Below are positions 25,001 to 36,704 of a DNA stretch of 64,000 nt, piece by piece. Origin of the DNA: Rhynchobatus australiae (lineage: Eukaryota); contig JAUZTB010000017.1 in assembly GCA_034780895.1 (NCBI GenBank), forward strand, positions 29,032,906 through 29,096,905. Reading direction: 5' to 3'. The notes below the pieces were generated by a model. The model saw only the letters and a list, made by a program, of their open reading frames with translations, was not told where the DNA came from and searched no databases. A program made the position numbers and the translations under genes. The stretch's first letter is position 1. The number at the start of each line of letters is the position of its first letter.

Positions 25001-27727
25001 ATGGTTAGTGCTGGCTAGGTGCTGAACTCATAACGAGCAGGCAGCACAAGGTTGTCAGGTTGCCTCCAATCCAATTAGCATCATGATCCCCATAGCCGTC
25101 TTCAAGAGCTACTGAATTTAGCCCGTGAATAATTAGGAAATTATGGCATTCCTTCAACAGTATAATGATAATCAAGAAAGGTTAGCTTTTATAAAATCTT
25201 AAGCACTTTTCATAGAAGCTACAATAAATGAAGTCTCTTCTGCTATTTTACTGATGAAATAGACATGCTGATTTAAAAAAATGTTATGTGCCATATGTTC
25301 ATGAATATAAAACTAAAATACAAAATGTACCTTATCCAAATAATACAAGTTTGTACCTCATGATCATAAAAATAAATGATAATAGTTGGTATCACATAAA
25401 AGAACAATGTTATTATGGAAACGTGTCTTAGAAGGCACCTTGTTAGCATTAAAGATGTTGCACTACATGAGGCCCCTTTCAAATTGTCATAATTGTCTGT
25501 GCTATGAAGTATTACTTTAAATCTTTGCTTTGTTTAACTCAAGAAATAATTACAAAATTGATTTGTAAAATGTTGCAGCAGATGGAAAGCACTTTACAGC
25601 ACAGATCTGGTTGGCATTCAGCAGAGTGCTTCTGGAGAAGATCGTTTCTGAGGTGTTTCTGTCTGGAAAGTCTCCAGTGCTCCAGCCACATCCCCATCCC
25701 ACAACACCCAACTCTCCCCCACCCCAACAAGCCCCCCAACTGTGAATTATTTTTCAGGAGCAATTTTTCTTCAGATGAATTTGTCACCCAGTCCTCTCCC
25801 CAATAATAAAGACATAAAGGCCTATTTCTTTTTTGAAATAATGGTGTGTGTTATCTACATTGGAACTATTAAGTGGTCTTAATTGTTTTCCATTTCTTCT
25901 TTTTGTAAACATACTTCAGTGAATTTTCCATTCAACAAGAACATATCAGTTCAACTTCAGTTTGAGGAAAGTGACACCTAAAACAATATTTTGCATCCAG
26001 TTTTATTTTGGTGGTAATAATAAAAATTGGGAATATACGCAACCATATTTGATAGTCCTTAACTTGGTGGCTTGGAATGAACCTGTTGCACAGCGAGTTA
26101 ATTTTATTGTAATGTGCACATCCAAGAAAAGTACAGTCCTAGTTTATGAGGTGGTCAGCAAGTCTGCCCACACAGTAGATAATACAAGTCAGCATGAATC
26201 TGCAGTGGCAAATACACATATATTTTGATATAACAAGATAGGAGGGGTGTGGTTCTGCCCACTGACTCCTATGATTGTTAGATGTGTCCTCATCAACTTA
26301 GCCACATCCAATTCCTGGAACACTATGAAAAAGTCATGAGCTTCCGCTTCTCCCAATATTTTAGCTGCATTTTACATTGTGGCTGCAGTTAGGACTGATA
26401 GTATGAATTACAAGCTTTGGCAGAAGGTTAGAGAAGTATAAGTATCTAAGAATGTAGCTAAAACGGTGCACTACAACATCACCAACTTTGCGTAAGAACT
26501 GCAAAATGGTCCCCTCCCCCCTCTTCACCCCATAATGGAGCCATATGCCTGTTTTATATGGGTGAGATATCTGGTGACAGTGGAACCTCACTCATAATTG
26601 CAAGGACTGACTTAACATTAAACAGTGATAATGAGGCTCATACAAACCTGCTGTGGGTTCCAATTATTTAGAATTCAAGACTCATTTTAACTATATTTTT
26701 GTGCTTCTTAGACTAGAAAACTAATAAATAATAAGTCTGAAAAGNNNNNNNNNNNNNNNNNNNNNNNNNNNNNTGTAAATGAATAGCTCCAATCTGTTTA
26801 ATTACAGGGCTATCTGACTTACCTGACAGTATTGGACTATTTTTCAGAAATAGCTTTAAGAAAGTGTGCAATATGATTTGGAGGCATCATGGAGGCCATT
26901 TTCAGTCATCATTCATTTCTTTATTGACTGGCATGGAAGAATCAGGTGGGTGTCTTTGACGTTCAAGAAGCATTTGAACTAATTTTCATGCCGACTTTTG
27001 TAAGGAAGCCCAGTATTCTCACTCAAAATGTCCAGGAGGTTGTTTGAATATGTAGATTTATGTGTCCTGCATAAGTAGGACCCAAGTCAGTAGGACCCAA
27101 ATTGCAATTTTCATGTACAAATAATGGATGGTTTACATTTGCACTTGGCCCAGTAGTACCAAGTGGGAATCTACCTGAGGAGGAGACAAGGTTCTACTGG
27201 AGTATTTTGGAGGTTTCAGAAAGACACAAGTTGGCAGAGACCTAATGACGTTATAATGTCTGACCTGTTTCATTCCCTCCATGCAGTAGTCAGACAATTT
27301 TGTGATCTCCTGGAGCACAATGATCCATGATGTCTTCCATTTAGTAGCCTCACTAATGCTTAAATGAGGGCCAACTCTGAATATGACTTGGCCCTTCTCA
27401 GGACATTAATGGCACATAGCCGACAACTCGTCCATTGTGGGCTGCAGTTAAATGTTATCATCCTTTCCTCCCCTCCACCCATCTCCACCTTATCACCCAT
27501 GAATAGATCTGTACTTAGAGTGCTTATAGATTGGAACTGCATGGCATGTTTGATAATATTCCTATTGTCATGATGCTCCAGGTGAAACACATCAAGGAAA
27601 ATCAGGCTGAGGAAAATTAAAGACAATTCAATATATTCAGATGCATTGATATGAAAATCTGCCCTTCTAATGTTGATAAATATGAAGTACATTGTGATTA
27701 GTCTCTGTTCATAATCATAACCAATTA

Positions 27728-27894
27728 TGCCTGGAGAGCCAATAGTGCTAAATATGTTATTTAGTAGCCTCAGTGCACTGTGCTGCGCTTCCTAAATTTC
27801 TTCCATTAACTACAATGGAATGAGTTTCCAGGCTAGAGTGGATGTGCTGATGCTCCTTTACACTGCTACCAATTTGGGGTGAAACTTCTGGATA
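27728..27894. mobile_element. Palindromic MITE, copy 1
   Basis: Ends tgcctggaga / aacttctggata; core ttccattaactacaatggaa; aligns to the copies at 36533 and 57033. Confidence 0.6.
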
Positions 27895-30800
27895 CAAATT
27901 AAGAGAGACTTAATTGGACTGAACTGACAAACAGTCTGAACGCCATCATCTTCTAGGATAATGTGAATATTTGTTGTGTTCTCTGTGTCAGAACAGGAAA
28001 GCAAAAGCGGTAGATTGACTGATATGTCAATAATACTGAAATCAAACACCCCTAGCGGAGGGATGTGTCGGAACATGCTGTTTGTTTATNNNNNNNTACC
28101 ATCTGCTGTATCAGCAAATGTAAGATGTGGTCTCACAGGCACATCAAAAGTACCAAAGACAACAAAAGTAAGAAGGTGATTATGCGTAATTAATTCCATT
28201 GAGAATAGCAGTAAAACTCCAATTATTGAATGAGCTTAGTTAATTTACTTTGCTTAAATGCTGAGCTATGTTGGTACTGACAGAATCCCAATGTCTTCAG
28301 GGACACAAATGTGGCAACATGTTAAGCAATCACTTTCACAATGGGTAGCATAATGCCTAGTCTGTATAACAACTACAAAACTTGTATTGTGTCTGTGACA
28401 GACATGGATATACGGATATAATTGACATATTTTGTAAACACTAATAGCCATTAGCCATTTCCTCATGTCAAAAACTGTTACAATGAATTAGTTCTGGCGA
28501 TCCTTCCTTCATTGCTGGAATCTATTGTTACAGATGCTCAAATTGGAAATATAAGTGTTTTACCCTCAGACACAAATTTCTACAACAAAAGCCATCATTC
28601 ACAGAACAAAAATGAAGCAAATTTGTTTAATAAATTTGAGTTTTTGAATACCTCCCCATTCTGGCAAAGTCTTAATTTTCATGAAAAATAGTTTGAAATT
28701 TAATTAGCATGGCTGCATTATGGAGCTTCCAATCCTATCAGGGCCAGCAGCTGGTAGGCAAGACTGATGTGCAGCATTAATCATGTAGAGTATCATGTCA
28801 CTGTGAATANNNNNNNNNNNNNNNNNNNNNNNNNNNNNNNNNNNNNNNNNNNNNNNNNNNNNNNNNNNNNNNNNNNNNNNNNNNNNNNNNNNNNNNNNNN
28901 NNNNNNNNNNNNNNNNNNNNNNNNNNNNNNNNNNNNNNNNNNNNTTCTGTCATTCTGTTAGAATATGTGCTTTAACTCCCATTCAGCTGTCTCTGATCCA
29001 TAAACATATATAATAAAAAAAATCTGTTGATCTAAGTTATTTATCTGTTTTCATTGTTGAACTAACTTCAGGAATTCAGACTCTGTTGATGAGGAATTGG
29101 CTACTTCTGAAATAGATCCGAATATTGCACAGCAGTGATATTAAACAATAGCATCGATATTCCTTGACCTGCCCAATAATCCACAACTCTAGCATTCACT
29201 TGGCAGGCAGGCAGGGAGAACCTGACTGTGAATTACTTGACATGATCACCATGGGTCTTGCCCCTTTTGCCTTCCTGTTGGTTATTGAAAATTCTCAGAG
29301 AAAATTCTGCTGCAACATGGTTCTAAACTTTTTCTTTTGATATGTCATAACCAAGTGAAGATCCTCCCTGAATCAGCAACACATTGAAAATTTAACAAAT
29401 ATATTTAAATTTACAAGAATTCTGACTCTTCAGAATTTAAAGTCCAACTTGAAGGTGAAAAGAAAGATTAAATTACTGAAATAAATGGAGTAAAGATCTT
29501 TTAAACTTCTCATCTATATGTAGATGAACTGCATATATCAACTTAATTTCAGAAGAGCCAGCTGAATCATTACAGTAAGTGTTGGGTTGTTGGGTTAAAA
29601 ATCTGAGACAAGCCAGCAATGCTGCTTATTGTTTGTCGTCTATCAGGAAATAACAGATGCTCATTAGCATCTTAAGCACCTACCATCAGAGAACTTCATT
29701 TTATTTTACTTGCAGGAATTGACTAGGATTTAGAGTATTTCAAGTAATTCTTTTCTTCAAAACTTTTCTGAAGGGAAGTGGTGTAGTAATCCTGAGCAGA
29801 AACTTCCTTGTCTCTTCTGAGCTAGAAATACTTGTGGAATTGTCGACCGAGTGTCATATTCCAAGACAGCTAGTGAACACAGACAATGGGCTGAAATTCA
29901 CTCCAGGGCTCTCTTATCATCAAACCTGCAGGAATGTAAAAGAAAGATTCAAGGATGCAATTGGGACCTGGATGTCTTTCATGGAATTGACACAGAGTCT
30001 CTGCCTGCTCCAAGCAAGGCCAAAAGTGTAGAGGTCAGACCAAGAGTTGGAGTTTCTAGACAGCGTAGACCAAAGGCAATGGTATGTCAGCTGAAAACAA
30101 ATCAGGTGGACTCCACTTGAGATCCAGATGTAGGATTTTGAAGATTGTATAATCCTTGCCTGAGAAAGGGTGATGAGGAGGAATTTATAGNNNNNNNNNN
30201 NNNNNNNNNNNNNNNNNNNNNNNNNNNNNNNNNNNNNNNNNNNNNNNNNNNNNNNNNNNNNNNNNNNNNNNNNNNNNNNNNNNNNNNNNNNNNNNNNNNN
30301 NNNNNNNNNNNNNNCACCACAATCCTGCAGACATTTTTTTTTGGGGGGGGGCAGCATCAATGGGGAGAATGCCACACTTCCTGGCATTCAAGGTGAGATG
30401 GGTGGGACTCTGGGATTTTAGCCCAATATGTTTTGAAGGCTGACAGTCTTTCCTTGGTGCTATCAGCTGAATGCAATGGTGAATGCCATGGGGTAACAGA
30501 GCAGAAATGATTCACTCTTAAATCTACCATGAATTAGAATGCTTTGTACAACAACTCTTCCATTCAGCAAAACTAACCAACTGTATTTTACTCTAATTAA
30601 AATGCAGATTTATCATTATTTTACTTGACATTTCCCCATTCTGTGTAACTACATCAGTGGTTCAGTCATTTTTAAACTGAACATTCAAATTTTAAATGCT
30701 GTGAATACTGTTCAGTTCTAAGAGCCTATTATTCAAAAGGCACCATTCCTAGTGAAACTAAAGTTGGCAGGTAATTTGAGCCAGCAATTGAAAAGCTTTA

Positions 30801-31442
30801 AAGAAAAGTGGAAAAATGACAAGATTGCATCAGGTTTCATTAAGCAGTCAAAAGATGTCAGAACCTCTCCTATAATTACCTGTATGGCAGAGAGGCACTG
30901 AAAATACTTAATGGATTCCGGTTTAAAGTAGATAAAGATAAAAGATTGTTTGAAGTGAGTAAGTTTTGTGGTTATAACCTTAGTAAAACCTCTAAACAAT
31001 TCTGCCAAACTCTTGCAAATGGTAAGTGCTATATAAAATACCACTGCAGAAAGATGGGGTTGCAGCTAGCCTGGGTTCAGGAACAGCATGCACATAGAAT
31101 AACTGACCTCTGAAAACAGAGAGTTCATTGAAATGCATAAAGCAACTTGCGGCAGCCAAGTACTTGGAACATCTTTGAGGAAGTGGGGAAGATACACCAC
31201 CTCTTTAATTTAATTCCAGCAACACCACAGTTACCACCCATTTAAATGTTGCTCACTTTAAAAGACTTTTAATCCCAAAATGCAATGATCCACAATTCTG
31301 AACACTATGCCAGCATTAGTAGGATCTTATGCCAACCCTGCAGGTGTGCCTGTGCCACTTTGGGGGCCACTGTTTTACAATTGACCAAAATGCACCTCCC
31401 TGCAAATGGGAGTTCATATACCTCCATGATTTCCCTAAGTAG

Positions 31443-31780
31443 CAGGTACAGTAGTGTAACAGTTAACATTAAGCTATTACAGCATCAGTGACCCGGGTTC
31501 AATTCTGGCCGCTGTCTGTAAGGTTTTTGTACGTTCTCCTGGTGTCTGCATGGGTTCGCTCTGGGTGCTCTGGTTTCCTCCCACATCCCAAAGACATATG
31601 GGTTAGGAAGTTGTGGGCATGCTATGTTAGTGCCGAAAGTGTGGTGACACATGTGGGCTGCCTGCAGAACACTTTCCACGAAAGATGTATTTCACTGTGT
31701 TTCGATGCAAATGTGGCTAATAAAGATAGCTTATCTTACTTTATCTTATCTTGTCTTATCTTATCTCATCTAATCTTATC
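31443..31780 (+). mobile_element. V-SINE with Rex1-type tail and (TTATC)n end
   Basis: B-box gggttcaattc; V domain gtacgttctcctggtgtctgcatgggtt...tggtttcctcccacatcccaaagac; tail ttcactgtgtttcgatgcaaatgtggctaataaa followed by (ttatc)n. Confidence 0.85.
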
Positions 31781-32348
31781 CCAAGTTAGAAAACTATCAG
31801 CAGCAAATGAGAAACATGGGGGTGGGGGGGGAGGGAATGAGAGGAGGAGAATCAGTCCTCTCTACAAGTGAGGTATCAGATCTATGAAACAAGAGTGCCT
31901 AACCATGTGATCACTACACAATAAAGCCACCATGCCAGAGAGAGAGAGAGCCAATGGCTATATACGTGGCTTTACATTCACAGCCATGGGTGTGGTGGAG
32001 CAAACAAATAACCTCAGAGGCCAGCAGGTGAGTACAAAAACGAACCTTCATTCAGAATTGCCAGACACAAGGGCCTCTTCTTAAGATCTTCACCATCACA
32101 GAAGCTTGGATTCAACAAATTATATTAATTCTACATGATACTAAAAACGATGACAGCTCCAAATTCAGCAAAGTCTGTGGCCCACAGCAAAATTCCAGCT
32201 GTAGTGTTGAAGACTTAAGCTGTGCAATTGGTCGCTCCTCCAGCCAAGCTACTTCAGTAAAACAGCAACAGCCTCTTCCCAACAGTGAGAAACTTCCCAA
32301 GTTATATTTGGTCTATAAAAGCAGGATAAATACTTAAATAAAACCATA

Positions 32349-32445
32349 GTTAACTTTTCTATTTCCACAGATGCAGCCTGACCTGCTAAGTGTTTCCAGC
32401 ATTTTCTGTTTTTGTTTCAGATTTCTTGTATCTGCAGTTGGTTTT
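32349..32445 (+). mobile_element. Penelope terminal fragment
   Basis: tccacagatgcagcctgacctgctaagtgtttccagcattttctgtttttgtttcagatttc...tctgcag. Confidence 0.8.
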
Positions 32446-32529
32446 TTATTTAGTTTTAGGCTAAATATTTACTTGGTTTTGAATCTGGGACTAGCCGAGA
32501 CCGTGAAAGAGATATAAATGCAGGACTTG

Positions 32530-33665
32530 CTAAATCCAGTCCAGTCAATTACTCTATCAGCCTTTTCTCAATTATCAACAAAGGGATGGAAGACATCATC
32601 ATTGCCTACTCAACAATGTTCATTTGGATTTTGCCAAGGCTTCTGAGCTTCAAACTCCAACACAGCCTTGAGTTAAAGAGGTGAGTTGATAGTACATCAA
32701 GGCAGCATTTGAAGGAGTGTAGCATCAAGTAAAATTGAAGTCAATGGAAGGGAAAATTCCCCCATTGGCTGCAATCATACCTAGCACAAACAAAGATCAC
32801 CGTGCTCTTTGGAGGCCAATCAGCTCAGCTGAGAATATTAATGCAAGATTTTGTCTAGGCCCATCTTACCTACTGCACCTTTTACTTTGTCTCCACCATC
32901 AGGAGTGTGATGGAATACTCTCCACTGCTCTGGTTAAGTGCAATTTCAACAATGGACAAGAAGCGCGGCACAATCCAGGAGAAAGCAGCCTGCATGATTG
33001 TCACTCCACCCAACTCCTTAAATATTCACTGCCTGCGTCATCGAGTACAACTGACTGCAATAGCTCCATGCTGCTCATCAAGAACCCATTTACACTAACT
33101 CTTCAATAATCCCATTTTATTCTCTCCACAACTCCGCCCAGATTCCAGCACTCACCCAGGCAATGGCCAGTTAACCTACCAACCTGCACATTTTCGGGCA
33201 GGTTGTGGGGAGAAAACAGAGCACCTGGGGGAAACCCAAGCAGTCATCGGGAGAATGTGCAAATTCCACACAGAGAGCATCACAGGTCAGAATCAAACTC
33301 AGGTCACTGGAGCTATGAGGCAACAGCTCTACCGACTGATTGACATTGTTGTCCTGAAAGATCTATTGTAGCAGTTCAGCATGGCTTTGACAGCATCCCG
33401 AAAATATGTGAACTCTGGCACCCAGAAGTGTAGGCCCATGAGAATAACATAATATGAAAGTTCATTTCCAAGTCACACACCATCCTTACTTGGAAATAAA
33501 TTGCTCATCATTCATTTTCTCAGGGTTAAAATATCTAACGTTGCTGTAGGAGTATTTTCACTGCATGGACTGCAATGTTTCAAAAAGGCACTTCACCAAG
33601 AATAGTTCAAAGGTTATTAGGAAGAGACAACAAATGCCGGGCTGCCAGCAACACTCACTTCCAAT
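32530..33665 (+). mobile_element. Old CR1-clade LINE (second lineage), deleted and decayed
   Basis: gtgtgatggaatactctccactgc (VMEYSPL), cacaatccaggagaaagcagcc, 3' end catggactgcaatgtttcaaaaaggca...caacaaatgccgggctgccagc; homologous to 51170-51998. Confidence 0.7.
33090..33345 (-). mobile_element. HE1-like V-SINE nested in the LINE
   Basis: gagcacctgggggaaacccaagcagtcatcgggagaatgtgcaaattccacacag...ggagctatgaggcaacagctctacc. Confidence 0.82.
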
Positions 33666-33991
33666 GATTGTGTTAACAGGCTGCATTTTCTGCAGTGAGA
33701 TGCTGAGGGATTGTGCAGTTCTGCCCTTTTTGGTGCTGGACAGCTGAGAACTGGTCTTGTTTTGGAGTTGAATGTGAAAGCACTGTGCTTCTCTGTGCAA
33801 ACTGTGCAGGATGGGAAATCTGACCAGGCACGCCTGCTGCAGTGCACATCACATACCGATGCTCCGGCCATGCAGATTGAGGTCTACGATTGTGCATTGC
33901 TTGTCTAGATCATTGTTCAGGAGAAACTGAGTCACATTTTTCACCTCAGACAAATCTCCAGGTCTTTACACTGAAACACATTTTCATTCCA

Positions 33992-34595
33992 TTGTGGACA
34001 CAGCTCAGCGCATCACAGAAACCAGCCCTTCCATGGACACCGTCTACACTTCTTGCTGTCTCGGTAAAGCAGCCAGCATAATCAAACACCCCACCCACCC
34101 CAAACATTCTCCCCTCTCCCCATGTATCATGAAGATACAAAAGCCTGAAAACACGTACCACCAGGCTCAAGGACACTTTCTATCCTGCTGTTATACAACT
34201 ATTGAACAGTTCTCTAGTACGAAAGGTGGACTCCTGACCTCACAATCTCACTTGTTATAACCTTGCACCTTATTGTCTACCTGCACTGCACTTTCTCGGT
34301 AATTGTAACACTTTATTCTGCATTCTGTTATTGTTTTACCTTGTACTACCTCAATGCACTGTGTGATGAATTGATCTGTATGAANNNNNNNNNNNNNNNN
34401 NNNNNNNNNNNNNNNNNNNNNNNNNNNNNNNNNNNNNNNNNNNNNNNNNNNNNNNNNNNNNNNNNNNNNNNNNNNNNNNNNNNNCCTTGTACTACCTCAA
34501 TGCACTGTGTGATGAATTGATCTGTATGAACGGTATGCAAGTCCAGTTTTTCATTGTGTCTCAGTACATGCGACAATAATAAGCCAATTTACCAT
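33992..34595 (+). mobile_element. Rex1/Babar LINE, 5'-truncated
   Basis: DTAQRITETSPSMDTVYTSCCLGKAASIIKHPTHP; closely similar to 23020-23495. Confidence 0.9.
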
Positions 34596-34859
34596 TGCAC
34601 AAAATTTTGCCATCAACTGCAGAATATGCAGGGGGCTGCCTGCAGATTCCAAACTTTGTTGGTCCTGACCACAATATCCCAAGGTGAGGTGAACAAGCAT
34701 GTGGCCACCTAAAACCTCATTACCATAGGTATTTCTGTGTTAGTCTTACTGGATGCGCTGCATGAGGTAGAGTTGCTTGATAATCAAGACAAGGAAGGGC
34801 AGGTGTTATCTGTGGCCCTGAAAGAGGAGGGGAAGGCTCATGCAAATTTGCAGATCCTA

Positions 34860-35525
34860 TTCCCGTGAATGTTCAAGGAGCCATATTCCCATCTCCAGCT
34901 TTCCAAAGGGCAAAGCCTCCAGAGGCTAAGCTTTTTCTAAGTCAGTGGTGACAGAGATCTGTGCAATAAAGCATTTATGCTCATGGATCTCACCACTGTC
35001 ACTCTGAATTTCTTAGCCTCCAGGTCATTCCAATCTGCACCATAAAATACATTTCTTCTCACAAGGAAGTTTCTCACAGGGAATATTCAACTTTTCCTTC
35101 CATCGGCGTCCATCAGGTCTAGTATTGCAGACTTCACCAGGGTTCAGAGGGGCATGGGGAAGGGGGTTGATAGACTGCACCCATGCAAAAATTTGGGCTT
35201 TCCTTCAGAACCTAAAGTCCATCATGTATCATAAGAGCCACCACCACAAACCTCAGGGTTGACTATGAGAAGAAATTTCTCATGGTCCATGCATTGCAGC
35301 CAAAGAGTTTACTCTTTTATACTTAGAGACTGTACTACATTTTTAGGACTGTTTCTCGGAGGACAAAGCCTATCTCCTCCATCCTTGGCTCCTAACACAT
35401 GTATGTTCCAGTGAGTGTGGCTGTAATGAAATCCACTGTACCACCTGGAGCCATACAGAGAATATCATCAGACTCCTTCAGATGCAGATCCAGTACCTGC
35501 ATCATTTCACAGCCCCCTGAAGTAT
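34860..35525 (+). mobile_element. PIF/Harbinger DDE transposase fossil
   Basis: Collinear decayed motifs SHLQLSKGQSLQRLSF, KSVVTEIC, TLNFLASRSFQSA, IADFTRVQ, LIDCTHA, EDKAYLLHPWLLT, NEIHCTT...ENIIRLLQM. Confidence 0.8.
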
Positions 35526-35714
35526 TCACCAGATAAATGCCTAGAAATTAGGCAGTAATGTTCTACGTTCTAAATTGCTTTATTTTATTTTAATAGCATT
35601 AAAACAACATTGTCTGTCATGTGTGCCTTGTGATCTTCAACTTTAAGTTACCCAGAACAGTATTGTTGGGTTTCCGTGTGTAACTACAGCACTGAAATTT
35701 TGCTGTGGCAAATT

Positions 35715-35940
35715 CAGAAACCTGCAAATGCTGGAAATCTAAAGTAAAAGCAGAGCATTCTAAGCAGTTTAGGCAGCACTTGTGGAAAGAGAAGCAGAAT
35801 TAATGTTTCACATCAAATGTCCTCTGTCAGAACTGTGAAAGAGAGAACAAAAAAAAAGTATTAAGTCGGAGAGGATGAAGAGACAAAGGCAATATCTGTG
35901 ATAGGTTGAGGCAAGGATTGCCGTGCGGGAAAGTTGTGGT
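35715..35940 (-). mobile_element. Penelope terminal fragment
   Basis: ctgcaaatgctggaaatctaaagtaaaagcaga...aggcagcacttgtggaaagagaagcagaattaatgtttca...tgtcagaactg. Confidence 0.75.
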
Positions 35941-36532
35941 CATTGGGTTATGGTCAGGGAATCAGGGGGAGCAAATTTTCTCCTTATAAAACTCTGAACT
36001 TTTTTGATATCATTTGCAGTAATGGACACATGCTACAGTATAGCTAATTAGCCAAGATGGCTCTCCAAGGCCCATTACCTTGATGTTAGTTGGCACCAGT
36101 AAATATTGGTGTTTGGCTAATTTCATTCATTGATTATCAGTTCCCATTCAATTTTATATATGAGGAAGTCTTATGCACTTACATGAAGATAACATTCCAA
36201 AATTTTATCCAGGGAGCACTGGCATGAATAGGATCAGAAATGAAATTTAGGGCTGGAATCTCACTCTGTGCTCAAGTATTATCTTTATAGCTGCCTAAAA
36301 TTTAAACAGTGCTATAAGCATGTTCCATCTCCAGTCAGAGTAGCCCACTAGAAAAACCTCAGTCCTCCAGAGAGTTTCAAGGTAATGACCTGAAGTCTCT
36401 GCGGGAGCAAAGAGTTAGAGGACAATAAACTGCACTGTAACTTGATCCTTTATGTACTTACCTCATTCCCCAAGACTTGGGAGAAATGAAACTCTGGCAA
36501 TATCTGGGCTGTGCTGAGACTGAATGCATAAT

Positions 36533-36704
36533 TGCCCAGAAATTCATCACTAATCAGCAGCCATAAATACAGCCGATAATGTTGTTAGAACCTTGTACGC
36601 TGCCTCTAAAATTCAATTGAAATCAGTGGAATGAATTTTGGAGGTAGAGTATCATGTGCTGATGCAACATTAAGCACAACCAACTGGGGATCATTTTCAA
36701 TGCA
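36533..36704. mobile_element. Palindromic MITE, copy 2
   Basis: Starts tgcccagaaatt; hairpin 36577-36672 (tacgctgcctctaaaattca / tgaattttggaggtagagta). Confidence 0.65.

Noticed and set aside
27074-27100. Short tandem duplications (also about 9919-9951, 12116-12151, 21924-21949, 22961-22985)
   Set aside because: Ordinary slippage or repair duplications with only two units each; not CRISPR-like arrays.
27339-27772. 14-bp direct repeat atttagtagcctca 420 bp apart as a possible TSD
   Set aside because: The second copy lies inside the MITE body, there is no retroelement tail between them, and a chance match is plausible.
36010-36150. Possible LF-SINE-like ancient repeat
   Set aside because: Only a ~10-bp resemblance (agttggcacc), which cannot be supported without a profile search.
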